In this document: positions 28,277 through 36,424 of the stretch, piece by piece
Layout: each line of letters starts with the position of its first letter
Position numbering within the stretch: the first letter of the stretch is position 1
Source: Acetofilamentum sp.
GTDB taxonomy: Bacteria; Bacteroidota; Bacteroidia; Bacteroidales; JAFGUD01
NCBI GenBank assembly: GCA_020722645.1
Contig: DYKL01000001.1
Location: forward strand, 1-50,723
Length of the DNA: 50,723 nucleotides
Reading direction: 5' to 3'
Notes under the pieces: generated by a model
Databases searched by the model: none
What the model saw: the letters and a program-made list of their open reading frames with translations, nothing else
What the model was told of the DNA's origin: nothing
Position numbers and translations under genes: made by a program

Positions 28277-29852
28277 TTAGTTTTTCTAAAAAATCTAAAT
28301 ACCAGATTGTTATTATCGAATTATATTTCACAACATTTTTGAATTTATAATCCAACTCTTTAACCATAGGCTCAGTAATTGGATAATGAAAACACCAATC
28401 GTTTTTAATTAAAATTTTCTTTTTAATGTAACCACTTAATCGTCTTTTAATAAGATCTTTAATTCTCTGAAATATTATTTTTGAAATTGTAGCTTGCAAT
28501 TCTTTTTTAAAATTTACCTTAAACCCAGTAAAATATTTGTTAATTAAAACATCATCATATAATCGTTTAGATATCCTGTATTTAGAAGGTAAAGCTTTGA
28601 AAAAATCCATTAGTTCATTATCCCAATAAGGAAACCTGACCTCATATCCAAAGTAATCGAAAACAGTTGAGGAATTAAAAATAAATTTTGCGATTTTTTC
28701 TTTTATATCATATTCTTCAATTAATGAATAGGGAATGTATGATTTTTCGCCTCTTAGATTTTGAAGCCTTTTGTTTATAATATCATAAATTTCCTTTTGA
28801 AAGTTTTTATTGATTTTATTTAAAAATAATTTTCTTTTAAAAATAATTTCAGGAACTTCTTTTAGTTCGACATTATCATTAAAAACTTTAACAAACTGGC
28901 TACCACCAAGCAAATCGCCGGAATGACCAGGAATAAATACTGCGTTTGATTCTATTAATTTGTTGTCTTTTAGGTACTTTACAGCAAAATACTCCTGAAG
29001 ATAAGGCATAGACGTAATTTTACCTGCATATTTTGCATAATCTCTAAATAGTTCGCTGTTGTAATAATCTTTAATCAATTCATTATTATATTCTACAAAA
29101 TACCATTTAAAGCCCAACTTATGAGCAGCATTTCTTGAGTTTTCAATTTGTTCGTTCCCCTTTCTGCCATAAGTAAAACAAACAACATTTTGGTAATTGA
29201 ATTTTTTGAGCATCACTGCAATAAGTCTTGAATCGTACCCTCCACTTAAAGGCAAAGCAACCTGTTTGTTTTCCAAAGATACAATTAGCCTTTTAAATGA
29301 ACTTTCCAGTTTTTCGACAGACATTTCCTTTAATTCATTATATGAGCTATTTAATTGATTTTCAATTGCGAAAGAATAAAAAGATGATGTTTTTACAATT
29401 TGATTATTTTCGAATAAAATCCATTCTGCAGGCTTCACGGAAAAAATTCCTTTAATTAAAGTACCATTGTCAATTGTATATCCCGATGCTTTAAAAATGT
29501 GAGCATTAACTAAATCTATAGAAGGATTGGGCATTCTGTTTATTAACTCAAAAGCAGAATCACTAATGTAATACTTATCTGAAATTAATGTGTAAAATAT
29601 TGGAAAAAAGCGAGTTTTGTCTGATGCAATAAACAAAGTTTCATTTTTTTTGAATAAAATTGTAAAAACACCATTCAATTTTCCGACTAATTCAATTAAA
29701 TCATCAAAAGCAGAAAAATTACATAAAAAATTCAACGCATCAATATTCTGATAAAAATTGTTGTTTTGATCAAAAAAATAACCTTTTACAAAAAAAATAT
29801 CGTTGTGATACCATTTAAAACCCTTGTTATTTTTTAGAATAAGTTCGTACAT
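28260..29852 (-). CDS. Asparagine-synthase-family ATP-dependent amidoligase, no N-terminal Cys nucleophile
   Basis: PP-loop LPLSGGYDSRLIAV. The N-terminal domain resembles the Ntn glutaminase fold (LNGVFTILF..IASDKTRFFPIFY) but has no Cys2 with either start. The ATG at 29852 shares one base with the upstream stop (TAATG). Confidence 0.8.
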   Translation of the reverse strand: MYELILKNNKGFKWYHNDIFFVKGYFFDQNNNFYQNIDALNFLCNFSAFDDLIELVGKLNGVFTILFKKNETLFIASDKTRFFPIFYTLISDKYYISDSAFELINRMPNPSIDLVNAHIFKASGYTIDNGTLIKGIFSVKPAEWILFENNQIVKTSSFYSFAIENQLNSSYNELKEMSVEKLESSFKRLIVSLENKQVALPLSGGYDSRLIAVMLKKFNYQNVVCFTYGRKGNEQIENSRNAAHKLGFKWYFVEYNNELIKDYYNSELFRDYAKYAGKITSMPYLQEYFAVKYLKDNKLIESNAVFIPGHSGDLLGGSQFVKVFNDNVELKEVPEIIFKRKLFLNKINKNFQKEIYDIINKRLQNLRGEKSYIPYSLIEEYDIKEKIAKFIFNSSTVFDYFGYEVRFPYWDNELMDFFKALPSKYRISKRLYDDVLINKYFTGFKVNFKKELQATISKIIFQRIKDLIKRRLSGYIKKKILIKNDWCFHYPITEPMVKELDYKFKNVVKYNSIITIWYLDFLEKLIKPDS

Positions 29853-30763
29853 TATCTTTTTAGACACATTTTTAAAAATTTCCAATTATATTTAAAATAT
29901 CTTGAATATGGAACAAGAGTTGAGCCAAATCCTGAATTAAAATACTCAATTCCTTTTACATTTGAACCGGCAAAATCTAATGTTAAATCCTTCTCTGAAT
30001 GATCTTTAATAAATTCATTTACAATTGCATAATTTGCATTTATTGAAACACCTTTATCATTTGATATATGCGAAATTACAACTTTTTTGCCATTTAAAAA
30101 AAAACAAGCGGAAGCACAAAAAAAATTATTTTCATCATAAGCATTATAAACTAATAATCTGTTTGTTTGCTTCAAATAATTCAAAAGTTTATATAATTTT
30201 TCATAATCATTTTCGGTAACTTTATTTTTAAGTCTGTCTAAAATAATTTTTTTTCTGGTATTAAAAAAATCAGAAAAATCGTCTGTTTTTTTTACAGTTA
30301 CAAGAGAATTAGCTTTATCAATATTTCTTTTGGTATTTCGTCTGAAATTATTATAAATGCTTTTATATTCGGTGTTCAAATATAACAGATAATTCTTCAT
30401 TGTTTCGATTTTTGCATTTGAAAAAGAACTATCTGTTAAATCGATTCTTAAATCAATCAAAGCGAATTTATGTGGTATTTTACTTAAAAAAATACTGATT
30501 GATGCTTTATCCATAGGTTCCCTTGAATAAATAGCAACTTTTTGAAGGTGTGTCGGTGTATAAATATAGTTAATCAGAAATTTTTTATTGAATGGCAGAG
30601 GCATAACAGCTTGATAGTCATCTAAAACCAATGCATTCCATTTTTCGGCAATAATATCCAAAAACCAAGAATAACCGTAAATATTATTATTGTGTGCATC
30701 TGCTATCAGATTATCCCATTTATTTCTGTCAATTTCATTATTTTTCAAAAAACTAATACTCAT
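29852..30763 (-). CDS. Uncharacterised ~300-aa protein, FemAB/GNAT-fold candidate (paralog 2)
   Basis: EIDRNKWDNLI..YGYSWFLDIIAEKWNALVLDDYQAVMPLP. Paralogous to 26101-27003. The ATG at 30763 overlaps the sulfotransferase stop by 11 nt. Confidence 0.5.
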   Translation of the reverse strand: MSISFLKNNEIDRNKWDNLIADAHNNNIYGYSWFLDIIAEKWNALVLDDYQAVMPLPFNKKFLINYIYTPTHLQKVAIYSREPMDKASISIFLSKIPHKFALIDLRIDLTDSSFSNAKIETMKNYLLYLNTEYKSIYNNFRRNTKRNIDKANSLVTVKKTDDFSDFFNTRKKIILDRLKNKVTENDYEKLYKLLNYLKQTNRLLVYNAYDENNFFCASACFFLNGKKVVISHISNDKGVSINANYAIVNEFIKDHSEKDLTLDFAGSNVKGIEYFNSGFGSTLVPYSRYFKYNWKFLKMCLKR

Positions 30764-31631
30764 CAAAGTAAATATTATAAAATTCTTTTAATTTTTTCAA
30801 ATCTTGTTCAAAATATTTTTCTGCAAATTTAATTTCGTTGTTTGAAATATCAATATCATTAGCATCGGTTTTATTCAAATTGTGGATTTTATCTACCATA
30901 CCGCTTCTAAAAATAAAATTTTTCATAAAATTCGGAACAATATTTCTTAGCAATCTTCTAAAAAAATTATTTCTGTTCAAAAGTAGCTGTTCGACAGTTT
31001 TGGATTTTACTTTTTTTGATGTATTGGCTTTAATTTCTTCAATGTAATCGAAATCAGAGATTTGAAGAAAATCTGAAATTTTTTTCAGAACAGATTTGTA
31101 TGATTTTTTTAAATCTTCGGTTTTAACAATTAAAAAATTTTCTTTCGGAAAAACAGATGTCCATTTTTGCAGATGCTGAAAATAGAGACTTTGATATGCA
31201 TTACACAAATTATTTTTTTGTTCAATTGATAATTTTGAAATAATATTTTTTTCTTTTTCAATTGATTCGATAAACGATATTTTTTCAGACAGATAACCAT
31301 TATTGACAGCATATTTATATCCGGAAAAACTTCTGTAAACTGGATTTCTGAGCATAACAATAAATTTCATCTGCGGATTATACTCATAAATTTTATTTAT
31401 TGCCTCATAATCTATAAACAAATAAGTATCAGCACTTACGAAAACTTTTTTATCTTTTTCATTGAAAAAAGAATGATAATATTTTAAACCCCGCTTGTAT
31501 AAGTCGTTAACTGAAAAAAAGTGAACTTCTTTTATCGAACTAAAAGCGACCTGTTCGTGGTTTTCGAGATATTGAAAAATTGTCGTTGTACCGCTCCTAC
31601 CCGCTCCAATAATTATAGCATCAACTTTCAT
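30753..31631 (-). CDS. PAPS-dependent sulfotransferase
   Basis: 292 aa. 5'-PSB-like IIGAGRSGTT and 3'-PB-like LRNPVYRSFSGY. The ATG overlaps the upstream stop (ATGA). Confidence 0.8.
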   Translation of the reverse strand: MKVDAIIIGAGRSGTTTIFQYLENHEQVAFSSIKEVHFFSVNDLYKRGLKYYHSFFNEKDKKVFVSADTYLFIDYEAINKIYEYNPQMKFIVMLRNPVYRSFSGYKYAVNNGYLSEKISFIESIEKEKNIISKLSIEQKNNLCNAYQSLYFQHLQKWTSVFPKENFLIVKTEDLKKSYKSVLKKISDFLQISDFDYIEEIKANTSKKVKSKTVEQLLLNRNNFFRRLLRNIVPNFMKNFIFRSGMVDKIHNLNKTDANDIDISNNEIKFAEKYFEQDLKKLKEFYNIYFDEY

Positions 31632-32608
31632 CTTTTAATCAAATTTTTTCCAAAAATACCCTTTATTAAATAATAAAAAAATTCATATTTGATTGTTTCA
31701 ATGGCAGTTTTTCCGTTTTCCATCGGAATACGCTGAATATTAAATTTGATAGAATCATTTTTTAATCCCGCAGTACCAAAAGTTAAATCAACAGAAGTAG
31801 AAATTCTTTCAAAAAATGATTTATTAACCTTATAATCTGTAAAGGGAAACGCAAATAATTTGAATTCGGGATTAAATTCTCTGATTACAAAATCAAGACT
31901 ATCAATAGTTTGTTGAATTTGTTCATTTTCGGTTAATTGTGAATAATAAAAATGATTGGCACTATGTGCACCAATGTAAAAGCCTTGATTGTGAAGCTCT
32001 TTGATTTGATTAGAAGACATATAAGGCTTGTGTTTTTGCAAATATTCAGCAAAATCAATTTCTAAAAGTTTAGCTATTTGCTCAATAACATTAGTATTTT
32101 TATGATTCAACGAAAGCAAATATTTTTTAATGTCAGATGTATTAATATTTATCTTTTTCAAATACTTTTCAACGATGTTTTGATACTTAGTGTTTTTAAA
32201 AGTTTTGTCAATAATCAGTGAAATTTTGTAACGATAAAACAAATCTAAATTGTCAACAAAAGCAGAATTGATAAAAAAAATAGCAGGTATTCCCTTTTTT
32301 TTTAATAATGGAGCAACAATGTCATAAATTTCGGAAAGACCATCGTCAAAAGTAAGAAAAAAGGTTTTTTCGTTTATAAATTTTTCGTTTATAAACAACT
32401 TTAAATCAATACGTTTGAAATTTTTTAGATAAAAATCCAAATCCTCAACAAATTCTTTAGTTGATTTTATTTTATATAAATGTTTTAAATGAATGGGAGA
32501 AATATCTGATACAGAGTGATACAAAGGGAAAATAGTTTTTTGTTTGTTAAGCGTATATAAAAATTTAAACGGAAATATTTGAGCAATACTGAAAATTAGA
32601 TTATTCAT
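31628..32608 (-). CDS. Polysaccharide deacetylase (NodB homology domain)
   Basis: 326 aa. FLTFDDGLSEIYD, IPAIFFINS, IGAHSANH. Confidence 0.85.
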   Translation of the reverse strand: MNNLIFSIAQIFPFKFLYTLNKQKTIFPLYHSVSDISPIHLKHLYKIKSTKEFVEDLDFYLKNFKRIDLKLFINEKFINEKTFFLTFDDGLSEIYDIVAPLLKKKGIPAIFFINSAFVDNLDLFYRYKISLIIDKTFKNTKYQNIVEKYLKKININTSDIKKYLLSLNHKNTNVIEQIAKLLEIDFAEYLQKHKPYMSSNQIKELHNQGFYIGAHSANHFYYSQLTENEQIQQTIDSLDFVIREFNPEFKLFAFPFTDYKVNKSFFERISTSVDLTFGTAGLKNDSIKFNIQRIPMENGKTAIETIKYEFFYYLIKGIFGKNLIKR

Positions 32609-33005
32609 TATCAGAAGATAAATTTTGAATAATTTTATGCAAAATCTTTACCATTTCATTTTGAATTGATTGAAAATCTTGGATAGTTGAATCAACATAG
32701 GCAAAAGAAACTACAACAGACAAATTGTTTTTTCCCAAAAAAGTAAAAAGTAAACTTTTATTCAAGCGATAAGATTCTCTTATCAGTCTTTTTATGCGAT
32801 TCCTGTCAACAGAGCGTTTGAATTTTTTTTTTGAAACCGTTATTAAAATTTTACAAAGAACATCATTAGTTTCAACAATTAAATATTTTGCAATTAAGGG
32901 GAAAGATTTTATAGGCAAACCCTTTAAATATATATCATTGATGATTTTTTTTGATGTTAGTTTTTCTTTTTTGGGAAAAGTGAATCTATTTTGTTTTATT
33001 TGCAT
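32601..33005 (-). CDS. rnpA: RNase P protein component
   Basis: 134 aa. Basic RNR motif (VDRNRIKRLIRESYR). Confidence 0.82.
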   Translation of the reverse strand: MQIKQNRFTFPKKEKLTSKKIINDIYLKGLPIKSFPLIAKYLIVETNDVLCKILITVSKKKFKRSVDRNRIKRLIRESYRLNKSLLFTFLGKNNLSVVVSFAYVDSTIQDFQSIQNEMVKILHKIIQNLSSDNE

Positions 33006-33732
33006 TCTTTTTTAGATATTTTTCTAATGCCATTGCCATTGAAGGTACTCCGGCGGTCGGAGCTTTTATATCAACTTTTAAACCTGCTTTAACTGCAGAT
33101 TTTGTAGTTTCAGAGCCAAATGTTGCTAATTTTATTTTTTTGTCTCTAAAATCAGGAAAATTTGCAACCAAAGAATCAACTCCCGAAGGGCTAAATAAAG
33201 CCACAATATCATAGCTTAATTTTAATTTGCTTAAATCTACATTAACAACCTTGTATGATACCGCTTTTATAACATTTAATTTTTTTCGTTTCAACTTATT
33301 GATTAAATTGTTCTTGTGAGTATTAGCAACAGGTAATAAAAATACTTCATCAGTAAATTTTGAAACCACTTCAATTAAACTATCCATTAGTCCATCTGTA
33401 AAAAATATTTTTCTTTTACGATAAGTGATATATTTATTCAGATAGTTGGAAATAGATTCATTTATGCAGAAATATTTTAAGGTAGTAGGAGGGTAATATC
33501 TCATTTCAGTTGCCAATCTGAAATAGTGATCAACTGCTATTTTACTAGTAAAAATAACAGCAGTAAAAGAAGATAAATCTATTCTGAGACGACGAAATTC
33601 TCTTGCTTCAACCGGTTCGATATCAAAAAACTTGTGAAAATCAACTTTAACATTGTATTTTTTAACAATATCATCGTAAGGTGAGCGCTGAGTTGGTTGT
33701 GGTTGTGAAATTAAAATACTTTTAATTTGCAT
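32986..33732 (-). CDS. Uroporphyrinogen-III synthase-like (HemD-fold) protein
   Basis: 248 aa. ILISQPQP..SPY, AVIFTSKIAVDHYF, YFCINESISNYL..YRKRKIFF. This is the conserved Bacteroidota HemD-like protein that pairs with DUF4271. Confidence 0.78.
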   Translation of the reverse strand: MQIKSILISQPQPTQRSPYDDIVKKYNVKVDFHKFFDIEPVEAREFRRLRIDLSSFTAVIFTSKIAVDHYFRLATEMRYYPPTTLKYFCINESISNYLNKYITYRKRKIFFTDGLMDSLIEVVSKFTDEVFLLPVANTHKNNLINKLKRKKLNVIKAVSYKVVNVDLSKLKLSYDIVALFSPSGVDSLVANFPDFRDKKIKLATFGSETTKSAVKAGLKVDIKAPTAGVPSMAMALEKYLKKNANKTK

Positions 33733-33757
33733 ATAAATCTCTTTTTTAATTCTCTAA

Positions 33758-34585
33758 TTAAAATTTTTGAATCGAAAAAAGTTTTAAAGTAATTAAAACA
33801 GGAAAAATTTCGACCGTGCAAAGATATAAAATGAAATAAAACAATGATAATCCTTGATGAAAAAATTCTTTGAACTCCTTATAAATTCTCAAAAAAAAGA
33901 TTATCAAAATAAAAAAAATTGATAAAAAAAGACCTCTTTCTGAAAAAACAGGGTTGTAAATTGTAATAAAAATTAAAAAAATTAAAAAGATGGAAATAAA
34001 TGCATTAGATATTTTAATTGAAAGAATATTTATTTCGGAAAAAATCTTTTTATCTATTGACAATGACCATATTTTTGAAGTTATAACTTTTAACAAAAAA
34101 AACAATGATAATGAAAATAAAACTATAACATAAGTTAGTAAGGAATCTTTATGAGTAATAATTGAATAACTATCAATAAAAAGAATACTTAGTACAGAAA
34201 CCGAAATAAAAAATGCGACATTCAAAATATTAATAAATGAGACAATTACTGAATTTTTATTATTTAAAAGTTGCCGAAAAAACACATTATTAAATGTCGC
34301 TTTTACAATCAAATTTATTTCCTGATTATAATTGTAATAAATATAGACAATAAAAGCAAAAAATATAAAAAAAAGTGGAATATACCACCAGTTACTATTA
34401 ATTTGAATTTTATCAGATTGAGCATGTTCAACCGGGAGAACTTCAGATTTATTGTAGTTAAAATCTACGCTTCCAAAATTTCCTTTGTATTCTGATTTTT
34501 TTTTATTTGTTTCATTATAATTTTGGGAGCTGGCAACAACTGGAATTAAAAAAAGCAATAATATTATTAAATTCTTTTTATTCAA
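33758..34585 (-). CDS. Polytopic membrane protein (DUF4271-like candidate)
   Basis: 275 aa. Signal peptide then about 6 TM. Usual neighbour of the HemD-like gene in Bacteroidota, from memory. Confidence 0.6.
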   Translation of the reverse strand: MNKKNLIILLLFLIPVVASSQNYNETNKKKSEYKGNFGSVDFNYNKSEVLPVEHAQSDKIQINSNWWYIPLFFIFFAFIVYIYYNYNQEINLIVKATFNNVFFRQLLNNKNSVIVSFINILNVAFFISVSVLSILFIDSYSIITHKDSLLTYVIVLFSLSLFFLLKVITSKIWSLSIDKKIFSEINILSIKISNAFISIFLIFLIFITIYNPVFSERGLFLSIFFILIIFFLRIYKEFKEFFHQGLSLFYFILYLCTVEIFPVLITLKLFSIQKF

Positions 34586-35072
34586 CTATTTCAATTTTTT
34601 GTATTTTTGAATTATCTTCTGAATTTTTAGATAAATAGTCCACAGATTTTAATAAAACAGGGTGTACAAAATCCGATTCTATTTCTAAAAGAGGCGTAAG
34701 AACAAAATTTCTTTTATGTGCAAATTTATGTGGAATAATTAAATCATCTGTATTTAAAATTAAGCTGTCGTAAAAAATAATGTCAATGTCTAAAGTCCTT
34801 GCCTCGTATGTGTTTTTATTTTTTATTCTTTTATGTGTTTTTTCAATGAATTTTATTTTATTTAATACCTCATTTGGAGTAAGCTTGGTGGTAACTTTAA
34901 GAGCCATATTCAAAAAATTATTATCGTCATTAAAACCCCATGGTTCTGTCTCATATTTTGAAGATATTTTTGAAATAGTACCTATTTCTTTTTCAATATA
35001 TTTAACAGCACTTTGTAAAGTTTCATATCTGTTACCCAAACTGCTGCCCAAGCTTAAAATTACATTATGCAT
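34578..35072 (-). CDS. folK: 2-amino-4-hydroxy-6-hydroxymethyldihydropteridine diphosphokinase
   Basis: 164 aa. LGSSLGNR, TEPWG, RTLDIDII, IPH..RNFVL motifs. Confidence 0.92.
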   Translation of the reverse strand: MHNVILSLGSSLGNRYETLQSAVKYIEKEIGTISKISSKYETEPWGFNDDNNFLNMALKVTTKLTPNEVLNKIKFIEKTHKRIKNKNTYEARTLDIDIIFYDSLILNTDDLIIPHKFAHKRNFVLTPLLEIESDFVHPVLLKSVDYLSKNSEDNSKIQKIEIVE

Positions 35073-35161
35073 AAAAGTTGTTTCTTATAATCATTTATGA
35101 TTAATTTATCAAATAAAGATTTTTATAAGTTAAATTAGTTACAAATATTTACGGCAAAATT

Positions 35162-35197
35162 AAAAAAAAAGCCTTAATAATTTAAAAATTATAAGGC
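35162..35197 (-). terminator. Rho-independent terminator of the response-regulator gene
   Basis: Minus strand: gccttataa..ttattaaggc hairpin followed by T9. Confidence 0.7.
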
Positions 35198-35249
35198 TTT
35201 TAATTCAAAATATACATTTTTATTTAGTCCTAAAACTATGAAAAAAAAA

Positions 35250-35942
35250 TTATTCTTGACTGTCAGTTACTAATTTGAAACCTTTTGAATGAACGTTTAT
35301 GATTTTAACATTAGTATCTTCCTGTAGGTATTTTCTTAATTTTGTTATGTAAACATCCATACTACGAGCATTGAAAATAGAATCGTCTCCCCATACTTCT
35401 TTAAGCACATAATTACGTTCTACTAATTCGTTTTGATTTTCGGCTAAAATTTTCAAAAGATTATTTTCTTTGGTTGTAAGTTTGACAACATCTATTCCGT
35501 TAATCAATTCCTGTTTAAGAGAATCGAATTCATAAATACCGATTGAAAATTTTATTTGTTTATCTTTTTCTTTTGTTGTTCTTCTTAAAACAGCTTCGAT
35601 GCGAACCAAAAGTTCTTCCATTTCAAACGGTTTAGTTATATAGTCATCAGCACCTATCGAAAAACCTTTTATTACATCATCTTTTAAGGATTTTGCAGTA
35701 AGATAAATGATTGGCATTTTGGAATTTATTCTTTTTATATTTTTTCCTAACGTAAAACCATCTTGTTTAGGCATCATTACATCTAAAAGGCACATATCGT
35801 AAAGGTTTTTCATAAAAAGCTTATATGCAGTTTCGCCATCAAAAACCAAATCAATATCATAGTTTTTTGCAACCAGATATTGTTTTAATAAAGAACCTAA
35901 ATTCAAATCGTCTTCGGCTAATAAAATCTTTGCTTTATGCAT
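35250..35942 (-). CDS. OmpR-family response regulator
   Basis: 230 aa. Receiver domain (DLCLLDVMMPKQDG, K at LTAKS) and a winged-helix C-terminus (DVYITKLRKYL). Confidence 0.93.
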   Translation of the reverse strand: MHKAKILLAEDDLNLGSLLKQYLVAKNYDIDLVFDGETAYKLFMKNLYDMCLLDVMMPKQDGFTLGKNIKRINSKMPIIYLTAKSLKDDVIKGFSIGADDYITKPFEMEELLVRIEAVLRRTTKEKDKQIKFSIGIYEFDSLKQELINGIDVVKLTTKENNLLKILAENQNELVERNYVLKEVWGDDSIFNARSMDVYITKLRKYLQEDTNVKIINVHSKGFKLVTDSQE

Positions 35943-36051
35943 AATGTTAAATTTTAAAATTATTTTGTAAAAATACTAAAAAAGTCGAATTCAAAATGTT
36001 AAAATCAATTAAAAATTTAACAAACAAAAAACAATGCGAATTTTTATTTAA

Positions 36052-36183
36052 TACCTTAAATCCGCAAGTCTTTTCGTTAGTGGTTGCAGGTGAAAACGCC
36101 TGCAACATGTAGTTTGCACCAGTCAGGTGTTTTCACCTGGCTGAATTTCAGATATATAAGTATAGACTTACGGATTTAAGGTA
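36052..36183. repeat. GC-rich double-hairpin palindromic element (element B), same architecture as element A
   Basis: Outer 19-20 bp stem taccttaaatccgcaagtct / agacttacggatttaaggta with 1 mismatch. Hairpin B1 36083-36106 gttgcaggtg-aaaa-cgcctgcaac. Hairpin B2 36120-36143 cagtcaggtg-tttt-cacctggctg. Confidence 0.8.
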
Positions 36184-36209
36184 ATATATTAACATATTTA
36201 TCATTTAAC

Positions 36210-36262
36210 CCACATTATTAACTTCGTTGAGCTCGCAAAGCCTCGGTTCATAAATAATGTGG
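36210..36262. repeat. Stem-loop element C
   Basis: ccacattattaa / taaataatgtgg, 11 of 12 bp paired, enclosing a 29-nt GC-richer loop (cttcgttgagctcgcaaagcctcggttca). Confidence 0.6.
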
Positions 36263-36402
36263 AGTTGAAAGTTTATAAAGTTGAAAGTCAAAAGGTTAAA
36301 TTGATTTTAATTTAATAATTTTTAGCCCAAATTTGGGCTAAATTTTAAATTTAAAAAAATACCATAACTTTATGAACCTTAAACTTTTAACTTTATAACT
36401 CC
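36261..36402. repeat. Inverted-repeat element D with a central perfect palindrome
   Basis: Arms ggagttgaaagtttataaagttgaaagt (36261-36288) and acttttaactttataactcc (36383-36402), built of AACTTT-type units. Central 22-bp palindrome tttagcccaaatttgggctaaa (36321-36342). Confidence 0.7.
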
Positions 36403-36424
36403 TGAATTATATGAATAATTCAGG
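36401..36424 (-). other. Perfect 10-bp hairpin abutting the histidine-kinase stop codon
   Basis: cctgaattat-atga-ataattcagg. No U-tract follows on the minus strand, so it is not a classic terminator. Confidence 0.6.

Noticed and set aside
28150-28350. 66-aa plus-strand ORF spanning the flippase/AsnB-like junction
   Set aside because: It lies out of frame within the flippase 3' end and antisense to the AsnB-like 3' end, and has no independent support.
28260-29852. Lasso-peptide or other RiPP cluster, since the AsnB-like enzyme could be a macrolactam cyclase
   Set aside because: There is no transglutaminase-like leader protease, no RiPP recognition element protein and no ABC exporter. All junctions are overlapping or a few nt long, leaving no room for a precursor peptide ORF.
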